This document shows, in pieces, positions 37,525-47,304 of a stretch of DNA of 64,000 bases (position 1 is the stretch's first letter; every line of letters starts with the position of its first letter). The notes under the pieces were generated by a model. The model worked only from the letters and a program-made list of their open reading frames with translations, made no database searches and had not been told where the DNA came from. Source of the stretch: an uncultured Planctomycetales bacterium (lineage in GTDB: Bacteria; Omnitrophota; Gorgyraeia; Zapsychrales; JANLHA01); the NCBI GenBank assembly GCA_964474085.1, contig CAYYRJ010000005.1, positions 23,244 through 87,243 on the forward strand. Direction: 5' to 3'. The position numbers were made by a program, and so were the translations under genes.

Positions 37525-38682
37525 ATGGGGTTTTTGATTTTGGGTATCGTCGCTGGCATTATTGTTTTAGCTGCGTTTGTGTTTGTTCTGCAAAAGGTTT
37601 TGTACTCGCAGGCGCAGGCGCAGGTTGCGTTTTTTGAAAAAAGAATCGCCGAACAGATGAAAGCCAATCAGGAGCAGTTTTTGCTTTTGGCCGGGCAACA
37701 GTTTAAGGCTGAACAGAGCAAGGCCGCCGGCGAGTTGGAAATCCGCAAACAAGCCGTTGAGACGTGGGTTGTCCAATTAAAGGAAGAATTGTCGCAATAC
37801 CAAAAACAGGTTCGTGATTTTGAACAAGACCGGTCTGTCAAATACGGCAAACTTGAGAATGAGTTAAAAAATGCCTCTTTAGCGACGGCGCGGCTGCAGG
37901 AGTCGACGAATCATTTGAATAATATTTTGGGCAATGTCAAGCTGCGCGGGCAATGGGGCGAGCGCATGGCTGAGGATATTATCCGCTACGCGGGCTTGAT
38001 CGAAGGGGTCAATTACGAGAAACAAAAGAAAATCGAAAGTAGCGCGACCAAGCCGGATTTTGCATTTTTTTTACCCGACAATCATCGGGTCAACATGGAC
38101 GCGAAGTTTCCTCTGGATAATTATATCAAGATGGTCAACTTGCCCGATGGCGTTGAACGTGCGGCGGCGCTGAAAGAATTTTTAAAAAACGTCAAGGAGC
38201 GGATCAAGGAAATCCAGAATCGCGAATATATCAATCCGTCCGAAAATACGCTGGATTTTGTGCTTTTGTTTATTCCTAATGAACAGGTCTTTGGGTTTAT
38301 TCAGGAGAATTTGCCAGAACTCATGACGCAAGCATTGCAGGACAAGGTTGTTCTTTGTTCGCCCTTTACGCTTTATGCGATGCTCTCTGTCATTCGCCAA
38401 GCGCACGAAAATTTTCGCTACGAAAACGATATCCGCAAAATCATCGGGCTTATTGAACAGTTTATTGGCCTGTATGACCGTTTTAAAGGGCGATTTGACG
38501 ACGAGCTTGGCAAGCAAGTCGAAAAACTGAATCTTCTGTATGCGGACATTAAAACAAAAAATTTTGTGCAGTTGGATACAAAAATCCGGCAAATTGAAGC
38601 CTACAAGCAAGGCAATCCCGGCGTCACGCAGGCTGATATTCCCGTAATCGACTTAAAATCAGAGTTTGCCCGTGAATTATAA
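37525..38682 (+). CDS. rmuC: DNA recombination protein RmuC
   Basis: N-terminal TM, long coiled coil, then RmuC C-terminal domain (NVKLRGQWGE..., DFVLLFIPNEQVF). Confidence 0.85.
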   Translation: MGFLILGIVAGIIVLAAFVFVLQKVLYSQAQAQVAFFEKRIAEQMKANQEQFLLLAGQQFKAEQSKAAGELEIRKQAVETWVVQLKEELSQYQKQVRDFEQDRSVKYGKLENELKNASLATARLQESTNHLNNILGNVKLRGQWGERMAEDIIRYAGLIEGVNYEKQKKIESSATKPDFAFFLPDNHRVNMDAKFPLDNYIKMVNLPDGVERAAALKEFLKNVKERIKEIQNREYINPSENTLDFVLLFIPNEQVFGFIQENLPELMTQALQDKVVLCSPFTLYAMLSVIRQAHENFRYENDIRKIIGLIEQFIGLYDRFKGRFDDELGKQVEKLNLLYADIKTKNFVQLDTKIRQIEAYKQGNPGVTQADIPVIDLKSEFAREL

Positions 38683-38683
38683 A

Positions 38684-39379
38684 ATGTTCGAGAATTTTTT
38701 CCCTTTAGAAGTCAAAGCGGTTTTTACCGATACAACGTGTGACTTTATTCTGCCGCCTAATGCTCAAGGACTTTCCGGTGGGCAAAAAGAATTCTTAAAG
38801 AAGACATATCAGGTCGACGCAGAAAAAGTTTTTACCATCCGCCAAGTTCACGGGGATAAAGTTTTGACGGTCACCCAGAATGATTTGCCGCAACAAGCGA
38901 TCCTTCCCGAAGCCGATGGTGTTGTGACAAATGTCTCTGGAATTGTCCTTTCTATCCGTACGGCCGATTGCGTGCCGATTTTTCTTTATGACCCTAACAA
39001 AAAATGTATTGGGCTTGCGCATGCCGGATGGAAAAGTTCTGCGCAATCGATCGCCAAGAAAACCGTTGAAACTTTGGTGCAAAATTATGGCAGTGCCCCC
39101 GCCGACATTCTGGCTGCTTTGGGGCCGGCGATTGGCCGATGTTGTTATCAGGTTGGCGAGGAATTTGAAAAGATTTTTCCGGATGAGATTTCTTATATTT
39201 CCGATAACCGCTTTTTGGATTTACCTTTGGTTAACAAAAATCAATTGTTGAAAGCCGGCGTAAAATCTAAAAATATCTTTGAGTCCGCCGCCTGTACGGT
39301 GTGTGGCCAAGATTTTTTTTCTTTCCGTCGGGATAAAGAAAAGGCCGGTCGGCATTTGTCTTGGATGAGGATTTTGTAA
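38684..39379 (+). CDS. pgeF: YfiH/PgeF (DUF152) laccase-domain protein, purine nucleoside phosphorylase/peptidoglycan editing factor
   Basis: RQVHGDKV, TADCVPI and LAHAGWK motifs. Confidence 0.8.
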   Translation: MFENFFPLEVKAVFTDTTCDFILPPNAQGLSGGQKEFLKKTYQVDAEKVFTIRQVHGDKVLTVTQNDLPQQAILPEADGVVTNVSGIVLSIRTADCVPIFLYDPNKKCIGLAHAGWKSSAQSIAKKTVETLVQNYGSAPADILAALGPAIGRCCYQVGEEFEKIFPDEISYISDNRFLDLPLVNKNQLLKAGVKSKNIFESAACTVCGQDFFSFRRDKEKAGRHLSWMRIL

Positions 39380-39424
39380 AAAGGGGATAGGGGTTGGGGG
39401 TTAGTATTTTAGGAGGAATGAATT

Positions 39425-39739
39425 ATGGAATTTATTGTCGTGTATGTTACGGCACGTGATTTGGCAGAGGGGCGCAAAATTGCGCAACATCTTCTGACGC
39501 AAAAATTAGCGGCTTGTGTTAATATCGTCTCTGGTGTTGAGTCGCATTATCGCTGGGAAGGCAAGCTTGAGCAGTCGTCAGAAGTGCTTTTGGTGATCAA
39601 GGCCCGAAAGGCGCATTTTGGAAAGCTTGCAAAAGCAGTCAAGGATGTGCATAGTTACAGCGTTCCTGAAATTATTGCTTTGCCGATTGCTGACGGCGAA
39701 AGGAAATATTTAGCGTGGCTTAGGCAAGAGACTCAATAG
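39425..39739 (+). CDS. cutA: divalent-cation tolerance protein CutA
   Basis: 104 aa; CutA1 collinearity (KLAACVNI...ESHYRWEGK...SYSVPEI). Confidence 0.85.
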   Translation: MEFIVVYVTARDLAEGRKIAQHLLTQKLAACVNIVSGVESHYRWEGKLEQSSEVLLVIKARKAHFGKLAKAVKDVHSYSVPEIIALPIADGERKYLAWLRQETQ

Positions 39740-39748
39740 GAGGATGGA

Positions 39749-40270
39749 ATGAAAAACTTTTATAAGATTTTTTTAATAGCTGCGGTTGTCATGTTTTGTT
39801 TCTCGCCATTATCCGCGCAGGGACAATTTATTTTTGACGAAAATCCCTTGATCGGCAAGCAGGCGCCTGACTTTACGCTTAATTTGACCTCAGGAGAGTC
39901 AACGAGTTTAAACAAGTACCGCGGCAGCGATACGGCGATTATCTTCTTTTGGGCGACGTGGTGTCCATCGTGTCGTGAGGAATTGCGGATTTTAACCCGA
40001 GAATCAGAGCGATTTGCCAAAAGCGGTATTAAAATTATTTTGGTCAACGTCGAGGAAAATCCACGGCTTGTTAAATCGTTTATCGACAAAATCAAATTGC
40101 CGTATCCCGTTTTTCTCGACGAAACATCAGAAGTCGCCGGACAATATAGTATTATTGGTTTGCCGAGTTTGTTTTTTGTGGACAAAAATGGTGTTGTCGC
40201 CGGGATGGAACACGGCTTGCCGCAAGATTATTTGGAAATGTTAAAAGCGCCGGCGGACAAGAAAAAGTAA
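39749..40270 (+). CDS. TlpA/ResA-like periplasmic thiol:disulfide oxidoreductase
   Basis: Signal peptide; thioredoxin fold with WATWCPSCREE active site. Confidence 0.75.
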   Translation: MKNFYKIFLIAAVVMFCFSPLSAQGQFIFDENPLIGKQAPDFTLNLTSGESTSLNKYRGSDTAIIFFWATWCPSCREELRILTRESERFAKSGIKIILVNVEENPRLVKSFIDKIKLPYPVFLDETSEVAGQYSIIGLPSLFFVDKNGVVAGMEHGLPQDYLEMLKAPADKKK

Positions 40271-40298
40271 ACCCAAAGGTGTTGGGGCGTGTGGAGCT

Positions 40299-42782
40299 TC
40301 ATTGATCCAAAATATCTTCGAGCATTCCTTGTATCCCTTCAAAGATCGATCCGGTTGTTTTTTCTAGAACTTTTAAGGGGAGAATTTTGTATCGGACTTC
40401 TGGGGTGGTGATTGACCCGGTGAGTTTTATTCCGACGACATTTTTGACCACTTGAGAAATAATTGTTGTTGGAACAGCCTGAAGAGCTGAGGCAGTGACG
40501 ATCGGCGCTTGCCGCACTTTTGCAATCACATCAAAATTCAGCTGGCCGTTTAAGCTCAACGAACCGCGTGCTGAAATATCGGCAGGCTCGCTTTCTAAAA
40601 GAAGATCCTCGGTTTTGATAAATCCGTCCTGGACTTTAAAAGTCGCTTTGCCCTGCGTAAAAGCGATTTTGCGATAATCCTCGACGAGCAAATTGTTAAA
40701 TAAAACTTTCCATATCCCTTTGAGCATTTCCAACTCCAGGAGTTTTCCCTCTTTGATGGTTATCGCGCCATCTCCCTTGAGAGCTTTGTAATCTTCAAGC
40801 GGGCCTTTAAGATTGACATTTGCCGATAAGATTCCAGATAGGTCTTTATTTTTGAGCCTGGGAAAAGTATTTTTTAGTCGTTGAACATTAAGTCTTGTAA
40901 TGCTCGCCGCAATTTCGCTGGGCACATTTTCTTGTTGCAGCGCAACGTTGGCATCTACGGAAAGTTTTCCATCGTAAACAAGGCCTTCTAGGCGGATATT
41001 TTGACGCTGACTGGCTGTTTTAAAATCAACAGAAACATCAAAGTCTTTTCCTGAAACGTTTGCCTTAATGTCAGGGGTACTAAAATGTTTAATCGTCCCT
41101 GAAAGCGATAGTGGCGTTTGTCCAAGAGTCAGCGTAAGATTTTTGCTCGAAGCCTCATCCGCACCAAAAGCGAGTTGACCGGTGAGGTTTTTTATTTGAG
41201 TAATTTTTGGAATTCCCTGGAATGTGTCGTTTGAGAAATGAATGACGCCGCTTGGGATCATCTTGTTGTCGTCGATGGCGGGATTACGGGAAAGCGTCAA
41301 ATCACATTGCGGATTGCCTGCAAAAGATATTTTGTTTGGCCAAAGGAGCTTTAAGTTTTCCGTTTTGAAATCGCCTCGGGCGTTCAAAATTTCATCAGTC
41401 GAATCGATTTTAATATTCTGGGCCGTTGCACTGCCATCGACCTGTGTTGTCAAAAATAGTCCCGAAAGATTTTTTGCCCGTAAATCAGGGATGTCTAATA
41501 GAAAGCCGTTTTTATGCCTATTAAATTTCCAGTTGGTTGTAGCTTGGTTTATGGCAATGTCCCAAACAGGATCTTTGAACGTTGAATTTGTGATTTTGCT
41601 TTCGCCCGCAAGGACTAGTTTGTCATCGAATTTATCAAAAAATATTTTCTTTGTTTCAATGTCGCCGATTAGGGTTTCTTTCGCCCAAAGTATTTTCGCT
41701 TTTTGTGCTGAAAGGTCCCCTGTCATCGTAAAATGATCGCCGGATTTTTGAAATGTAATCGCTGTCCCCGAAAAATTACCCGAAAACATTTTGTCTGCGC
41801 CTACCGCAACGCTCGTATCGGTTGCTAAAAAGTTTCCGGCAAGATCAAAATCGCGTCCCCGTTTATGGTAAATGAAGTTTTTGGAAGTGATAACGCCAGT
41901 TGTTCTTACGGCAATGTCCGTTTTGGTCGTAATATCGACGGGTCCAGCGATCATGCCCTTGAGAGTCCACTGTTTGTTTTTAAATTGCACTGCAAGGTCA
42001 GCCTCGTCAATCAGCCAGCGGTCAAAAACAACATAGAGCGGCACGCCGGTTAAATGGATCAAGCGCGGAGGGTTTAAGTTGTGTGTTTTTATGGAAGCGT
42101 TTAATTCTTGCGCTGCGGGAAAGAATTTTCCTTTCATGCTCAAAGTGCAATGGTCAGCTTCGATGACAAAATCAGATTCAAAGCGGATCGCATCCGGTAA
42201 AGACAGCTGCAGGCTTGCATGAAGCACGTTGATTGTTTCGCTTGTCGCAGGATCTGAAATAATGACTTGCCCATTTTGGATTTTGACGGCGCCCAGAGAA
42301 AACCTGACTTTCCCGGATTTTGTGCTAGAATTGTTCTCTGTCTTCGTCGGGCTTTTGGTTAGAAGATCAGAAAAGTTCCATTGGTCATCTTTTATGCGTT
42401 TAAGGTGAACAACCGGTTTGTCGAGTGTTATCGAGGGGATAAAAATTTCGCGGGCCCGAAAAAAGTTGGGAAGGACAATGTTAAATCGGACCTCATCGAT
42501 GCTAATAAACGCAACAGCAGAAGAAAGCTGCTCGTCAATGCGAATATTTTTAAGAATAAATCCTTTTTGCGGATGAAATTTTATTTCCCCGACGGAAACA
42601 TTGCGTTTTAGCCAGGCGGTTGCTTTTGCGCTAAGGATATCTTTGACTTGAAGGGGAAGAAAAATGGTATTTAGGTAAAATATTCCACCACCCAGGACAA
42701 GGCAAAGAAAGACAAGAATAAAAAACGTTTTTTTAAGCCAGCGCATGACGGGCATTATATAGAAAGCATCAGCGCGCTTCAA
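40299..42782 (-). CDS. AsmA/TamB-like large membrane-anchored protein
   Basis: 827 aa with N-terminal TM anchor followed by a long beta-rich repetitive domain; assignment from architecture. The true start may be an internal Met. Confidence 0.45.
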   Translation of the reverse strand: MKRADAFYIMPVMRWLKKTFFILVFLCLVLGGGIFYLNTIFLPLQVKDILSAKATAWLKRNVSVGEIKFHPQKGFILKNIRIDEQLSSAVAFISIDEVRFNIVLPNFFRAREIFIPSITLDKPVVHLKRIKDDQWNFSDLLTKSPTKTENNSSTKSGKVRFSLGAVKIQNGQVIISDPATSETINVLHASLQLSLPDAIRFESDFVIEADHCTLSMKGKFFPAAQELNASIKTHNLNPPRLIHLTGVPLYVVFDRWLIDEADLAVQFKNKQWTLKGMIAGPVDITTKTDIAVRTTGVITSKNFIYHKRGRDFDLAGNFLATDTSVAVGADKMFSGNFSGTAITFQKSGDHFTMTGDLSAQKAKILWAKETLIGDIETKKIFFDKFDDKLVLAGESKITNSTFKDPVWDIAINQATTNWKFNRHKNGFLLDIPDLRAKNLSGLFLTTQVDGSATAQNIKIDSTDEILNARGDFKTENLKLLWPNKISFAGNPQCDLTLSRNPAIDDNKMIPSGVIHFSNDTFQGIPKITQIKNLTGQLAFGADEASSKNLTLTLGQTPLSLSGTIKHFSTPDIKANVSGKDFDVSVDFKTASQRQNIRLEGLVYDGKLSVDANVALQQENVPSEIAASITRLNVQRLKNTFPRLKNKDLSGILSANVNLKGPLEDYKALKGDGAITIKEGKLLELEMLKGIWKVLFNNLLVEDYRKIAFTQGKATFKVQDGFIKTEDLLLESEPADISARGSLSLNGQLNFDVIAKVRQAPIVTASALQAVPTTIISQVVKNVVGIKLTGSITTPEVRYKILPLKVLEKTTGSIFEGIQGMLEDILDQ

Positions 42783-42926
42783 GCGGCTTGGTGTTTAAAC
42801 AGGCGCGTTCTTTAAAAAATATAAAGCGAAAAAAGAATTGTTTTAATATTTTTTGATGCAAAGGTTCTGTGGTAACATCAGGCAAATTATTAGATTTTTT
42901 TGCGTTTATTTCAAAAGGAGCCGCTT

Positions 42927-43322
42927 GTGGAAAATAAAAAGAAAATATTAATTATTGAAGATGATCTCCAGGTTCTTCGGCTTTGCGATCACATCTTAGC
43001 GCAAGAAGGTTTTGAAATTGTTAAGGCGAGCTCTGGGGCCGAGGCTTTGAAAAAGATTCAAGAGCAGCGTCCGGATCTTTTGATTGTTGATTTGATGCTT
43101 CCTGATATGAATGGGGCCGAAATTATCCAGGAAGCCAAAACAAAATATGCTTGTCAAGCACCAGTGATCTTTTTAACTGGAATGATCACCAAAAAGGAAG
43201 AAGAGGTCAATAATATTACTTTAAAAGTTGAAAATCAGAATTATCCTGCTATCGCCAAGCCGTTTGACCGCAGTCAGCTGATTGACCTTGTTAAAGCCCA
43301 GTTTCAGAAAAAAAGCAAATAA
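42927..43322 (+). CDS. single-domain response regulator (REC)
   Basis: GTG start 6 nt after AAAGGAG; KILIIEDD...LLIVDLMLPDMNG...AKP. Confidence 0.75.
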   Translation: MENKKKILIIEDDLQVLRLCDHILAQEGFEIVKASSGAEALKKIQEQRPDLLIVDLMLPDMNGAEIIQEAKTKYACQAPVIFLTGMITKKEEEVNNITLKVENQNYPAIAKPFDRSQLIDLVKAQFQKKSK

Positions 43323-43502
43323 GCTTCCTTTTTTGCTAAAAAAAATCAAGAAATTCTTGAAATAATTATAAGCATCTTATTCCCAATGCTTTATAACAAT
43401 AGTATTATTATTGTATATATTGACAACAATAAGAATATAATATACTATATGAATAAGAAGAACAAGTGGAACAATAAGAACTAAGTAGAAAAGGATGCAA
43501 AA

Positions 43503-44132
43503 ATGAATACAAAAAATCAAAATCAGGTTCAAAAAAGACAAGCCCCAAGAGCGATCATTGGCAAAGGCATCTTGGCTTTGATTTTTGTATCCTTTTTATT
43601 ATCAAATAATTACGCTTTTGCTAACACTTCTGCAACCTATAAAGTTCGCCAGGAAAAATTGAACCTTAATGGCGTTTTGGTTTCGCGTCCTTCGAATGAG
43701 GACGTCGAAATTGTTAAGTTCTTGAAGGACAACAATATACATAATCCGCAGGAATATGCCCAATGGTTAGCCAAAAATGTTCAATTCAAGAAAGATCAAG
43801 ATAGTGATCAGTGGTCTAATCCTTTGGAAACTTTAGCTCGCCAATTTGGGGATTGTGAAGATTTTACTTTTTTGAATATCGCTGTTTTAAGAGTGATGGG
43901 GTATGACGCAAAATTTGTCGCATTTTTTAATCCTGCTGTTGAAAATCATGCGGTGACGGTATTTGAAGATCATGGACAGTTTTATTATTTTGACAATATG
44001 AATTTAAAGAAAATCGAAGAATCAAGCGTTCGTGATTTTGCTAAAAACAAGATGTCGAAAAATAGATATCTTTTAAGCAAAGTCTTAAATGTCGAGTCAA
44101 GAAAGTGGGAATTATTATATAAAACTTCATAA
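43503..44132 (+). CDS. secreted transglutaminase-like cysteine peptidase (BTLCP-like)
   Basis: Signal/TM N-terminus; GDCEDFTFL Cys motif with downstream His and Asp (HAVTVFE...DNMN); gene and both flanks have lower GC than their neighbours. Confidence 0.45.
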   Translation: MNTKNQNQVQKRQAPRAIIGKGILALIFVSFLLSNNYAFANTSATYKVRQEKLNLNGVLVSRPSNEDVEIVKFLKDNNIHNPQEYAQWLAKNVQFKKDQDSDQWSNPLETLARQFGDCEDFTFLNIAVLRVMGYDAKFVAFFNPAVENHAVTVFEDHGQFYYFDNMNLKKIEESSVRDFAKNKMSKNRYLLSKVLNVESRKWELLYKTS

Positions 44133-44251
44133 AAATATATTATATTCATTGCAAGGATTGTGGACTTGAATGTACAGACTTTTCCATATAATTACGAAAG
44201 AAGTCTGTGCTATGGTAGTTTCATCTAGAAAAATAATTTAGGAAAATTACC

Positions 44252-44824
44252 ATGAAAAAAGAACTTTTGACAACCGGAGAAGTTGCTCAATACTGCCACG
44301 TGACCTATCGTGCTGTATTAAAGTGGATAGTAGAGGGCAAGCTTAAAGCCTACCGCACACCGGGTCAGCATAGCCGTGTCGCCATCAATGATTTCCTCGA
44401 TTTTTTAGAAAAATTCCATATGCCCATTCCTGCGGGCCTCGAACGAACAACACAAAAGAATAAAATTTTGATTGTTGACGATGACCAAAAAATCGCTCAT
44501 TTGGTCCGTGCCGCGCTTGAAGTCGACAGCCGTTATCAGCTCGATGTTGCTTACGACGGTTTTAGTGCCGGCCAAAAATTTTCTGCGTTTCGTCCGGATC
44601 TTGTCGTTTTGGATATTATGATGCCCGGCCTTAACGGGTATGAAGTTTGTGCGAATATCCGAAAAGATCCTGCCAATAAAGACGTTAAGATCATTGCGGT
44701 GTCCGGTTCATTTGCTGTCGAGGGAGAAGAGAAGATTTTGAAGGTCGGCGCGAATATGTGCTTGGCCAAACCTTTTGATATTGAGCAGTTAAAAGGCAAG
44801 ATCGAAAAACTTTTGGAAAAATGA
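44252..44824 (+). CDS. response regulator with reversed architecture: N-terminal excisionase/MerR-type HTH, C-terminal REC
   Basis: LTTGEVAQYCHVTYRAVLKWI HTH_17-like segment, then KILIVDDDQ...LVVLDIMMPGLNG...AKP receiver. Confidence 0.7.
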   Translation: MKKELLTTGEVAQYCHVTYRAVLKWIVEGKLKAYRTPGQHSRVAINDFLDFLEKFHMPIPAGLERTTQKNKILIVDDDQKIAHLVRAALEVDSRYQLDVAYDGFSAGQKFSAFRPDLVVLDIMMPGLNGYEVCANIRKDPANKDVKIIAVSGSFAVEGEEKILKVGANMCLAKPFDIEQLKGKIEKLLEK

Positions 44825-45573
44825 TGGATCATGCTCCGACTATTCTGATTATCGATGATGATGTTCATCTCGCAGGTTTAATGAAACGTCAGCTTGAAGA
44901 TACCGGATATGACGTCGTTGTCGCCTCTAACGGGAAAGAAGGGCTAGAGAAGTTAAAAACCATCATCCCGTCTTTGATTATTCTTGATATTAATATGCCG
45001 CAGATGAATGGTCTGGAATTTTTTCGGCACATTATGGCCGATGGTCAGCATTCTTTGTATCCTGTCCTTGTTTTGACTAGCCGCATCGAATTCGAAAATA
45101 TTTTTAAGGATGTCAACGCCGCCGGGTTTATCCCGAAGCCTTTTCTTATCAATCATTTGATCGAGGAAGTCCACCGGATTATTGCTCTTGCCCCACGCCC
45201 AATCGTATTTCTCATTGACCATTCTGCCTCAGAAACAGTGCGTCAGCTTACCAAAATTCTCATCAAAAAAAACTATGATGTTATTGGAGTAAACAGCTCG
45301 ACGGAGTTTGAAAGAATTACGCAACGGCGCAAACCCCGCTTTATTCTTTTAGAATGCGGCCAAAGTGATGGCGCCGGGGAAGAAATAATAAAAAAAATAA
45401 AAAGTTATCGGGATTTAAGTCAAGTTCCTGTTGTGGCCTATACTTACACGGTTGGAAAAAACGTGCCGATGAGCAGTTATCAGGCTGGGATCAATCAAAT
45501 TTTGCAAAATCCGCAAGACGTTGAATCGTTTCTTGCCGTGATCAAGGACATTGAATCAACGGATAAAGGATAA
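44821..45573 (+). CDS. tandem receiver protein: REC plus degenerate pseudo-receiver
   Basis: First domain has the canonical DDD...LDINMP...PKP motifs. The second is receiver-like (IVFLIDHS...FILLECG) but has Glu at the phospho-acceptor position. Confidence 0.6.
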   Translation: MMDHAPTILIIDDDVHLAGLMKRQLEDTGYDVVVASNGKEGLEKLKTIIPSLIILDINMPQMNGLEFFRHIMADGQHSLYPVLVLTSRIEFENIFKDVNAAGFIPKPFLINHLIEEVHRIIALAPRPIVFLIDHSASETVRQLTKILIKKNYDVIGVNSSTEFERITQRRKPRFILLECGQSDGAGEEIIKKIKSYRDLSQVPVVAYTYTVGKNVPMSSYQAGINQILQNPQDVESFLAVIKDIESTDKG

Positions 45574-45582
45574 ATTTCGCGT

Positions 45583-47298
45583 ATGCCAACATACATCCGC
45601 AAAAGGTTCGGCGAAAGATTAGTGGAAGAAGGGCTAATTACCGCCGAGCAATTTGAGTTGGCCTTAAAAAAACACAAGGAAACCAAGGTCCTTTTGCGCC
45701 AGATTTTAGTCGACTTAGGGTTTATCAGTGAAGATAAACTCCTGGAGTTTACAGCGAAAGTCATGGGAATCCCGGTTGTCAAAGATCTCTTAAACAAGAT
45801 CACCGACCCGCAGATTGTCAAAATTGTCCCCGAAAAAACCTGTCGCCAGAATTTTGTTTTGCCTCTTTATAAAACCGCAAACGTTTTGACTATCGCGATG
45901 TTCGATCCGTTTGATGTTTTTGTTTTAGATGATCTGCAGGCGCTGACAAAATGCAAAATTGAATCGGTGTTGAGTAAAAAAGAAGATATTTTAAAGACCT
46001 TAAGTATTTTTTATGAGGAAAAAGAAAACATCGAGGAGATTGTTAAGGGCATGACTCAGGAAGCCGAAGAGCTTGAGATCATTCGAGAAACCCGCGAAGA
46101 AGAAAATGAAAAAATTGATGCTCAGGCGGTCGATGCGCCGATTATTCGCTTGGTCAATACGATTATCACACAGGCGATCAAGCAGCGGGCCAGCGATATT
46201 CACGTCGAGCCGGATGAAAAGGGTTTACGCATCCGTTATCGGATTGACGGGATATTGCGCGAAACGATGTCGCCGCCCAAACGGCTTCAGGCTCCGATTA
46301 TTTCACGCATTAAGATTATGGCGGAGATGGATATTTCCATCAAACGTCAGGCGCAGGATGGCCGTTTTAAAATCCGCGTTGAAAACAAAAATATCGATGT
46401 GCGCATTTCCTCCGTTCCGACGATTTATGGCGAAAAACTGGTCATGCGTCTGTTGGATAAATCATTTATTCAGATGGGCCTTATGGATTGCGGCCTAAGC
46501 AAAAGCTGTCTGGAGCGTTTTAGTGAACTGATCAATCGTCCTTACGGCATTATTTTGGTTACGGGCCCCACCGGAAGCGGCAAAACAACGACGCTTTATC
46601 TGGCTTTGCAAACGCTCAATTCCCCCGACAAAAACATTATCACCATTGAAGAGCCTGTCGAATATGACCTTGAGGGGGTCAATCAGATCCCTGTCAACAG
46701 CAAGGCGGGGATTACCTTTGCTAAGGGGTTGCGTTCGATTTTGCGGCAAGACCCGGATGTGATCATGGTCGGTGAGATGCGCGATTTGGAAACAGCGGAT
46801 GTTGCGGTACGTGCCGCTTTGACGGGACATTTGGTATTTAGCACTTTGCACACCAATGATGCTTGTAGCTCGATTATACGGTTAATTGACATGGGGATCG
46901 CTTCTTATCTTGTAACCTCGTCGATCTGTTGTGTTTTGGCGCAACGTTTGGTGCGTACGATTTGCGATAAATGTAAAGAAGCTTATACGCCCAGTCAAGA
47001 ACAGTTGGATTCTGCGGGGATCAAAGCTTCTGTGTCAGAAGTGACATTTTATCGTGGAAAAGGTTGCGAAGATTGCGGGCAGACGGGTTTTCGCGGGCGC
47101 ACAGGTCTTTTTGAACTGATGGTCGTCGACAAAAAGTTGCGGCAACTGATTCATGAGGGACAGTCGGTCGATGCTCTGCGCAGTGCATCGCAAAAGTCAG
47201 GGATGAAATTTTTGTGGGATGACGGGTTAGAAAAAGTGCTACAAGGACAGACAACGATCGAGGAACTCAAGCGGGTTACTTTCTTGGAGGGGGAATAA
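45583..47298 (+). CDS. pilB: type II secretion/type IV pilus assembly ATPase (GspE/PilB)
   Basis: N-terminal GspE_N domain, Walker A GPTGSGKTT, Asp/His boxes, tetracysteine CxxC...CxxC motif. Confidence 0.9.
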   Translation: MPTYIRKRFGERLVEEGLITAEQFELALKKHKETKVLLRQILVDLGFISEDKLLEFTAKVMGIPVVKDLLNKITDPQIVKIVPEKTCRQNFVLPLYKTANVLTIAMFDPFDVFVLDDLQALTKCKIESVLSKKEDILKTLSIFYEEKENIEEIVKGMTQEAEELEIIRETREEENEKIDAQAVDAPIIRLVNTIITQAIKQRASDIHVEPDEKGLRIRYRIDGILRETMSPPKRLQAPIISRIKIMAEMDISIKRQAQDGRFKIRVENKNIDVRISSVPTIYGEKLVMRLLDKSFIQMGLMDCGLSKSCLERFSELINRPYGIILVTGPTGSGKTTTLYLALQTLNSPDKNIITIEEPVEYDLEGVNQIPVNSKAGITFAKGLRSILRQDPDVIMVGEMRDLETADVAVRAALTGHLVFSTLHTNDACSSIIRLIDMGIASYLVTSSICCVLAQRLVRTICDKCKEAYTPSQEQLDSAGIKASVSEVTFYRGKGCEDCGQTGFRGRTGLFELMVVDKKLRQLIHEGQSVDALRSASQKSGMKFLWDDGLEKVLQGQTTIEELKRVTFLEGE

Positions 47299-47304
47299 TA
47301 TTTT

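Noticed and set aside
43323-45573. Searched the low-GC islet and flanks for an integrase, transposase or other mobility gene
   Set aside because: None was found. The flanking ORFs are a peptidase and receiver proteins, so the islet cannot be called a mobile element on present evidence.
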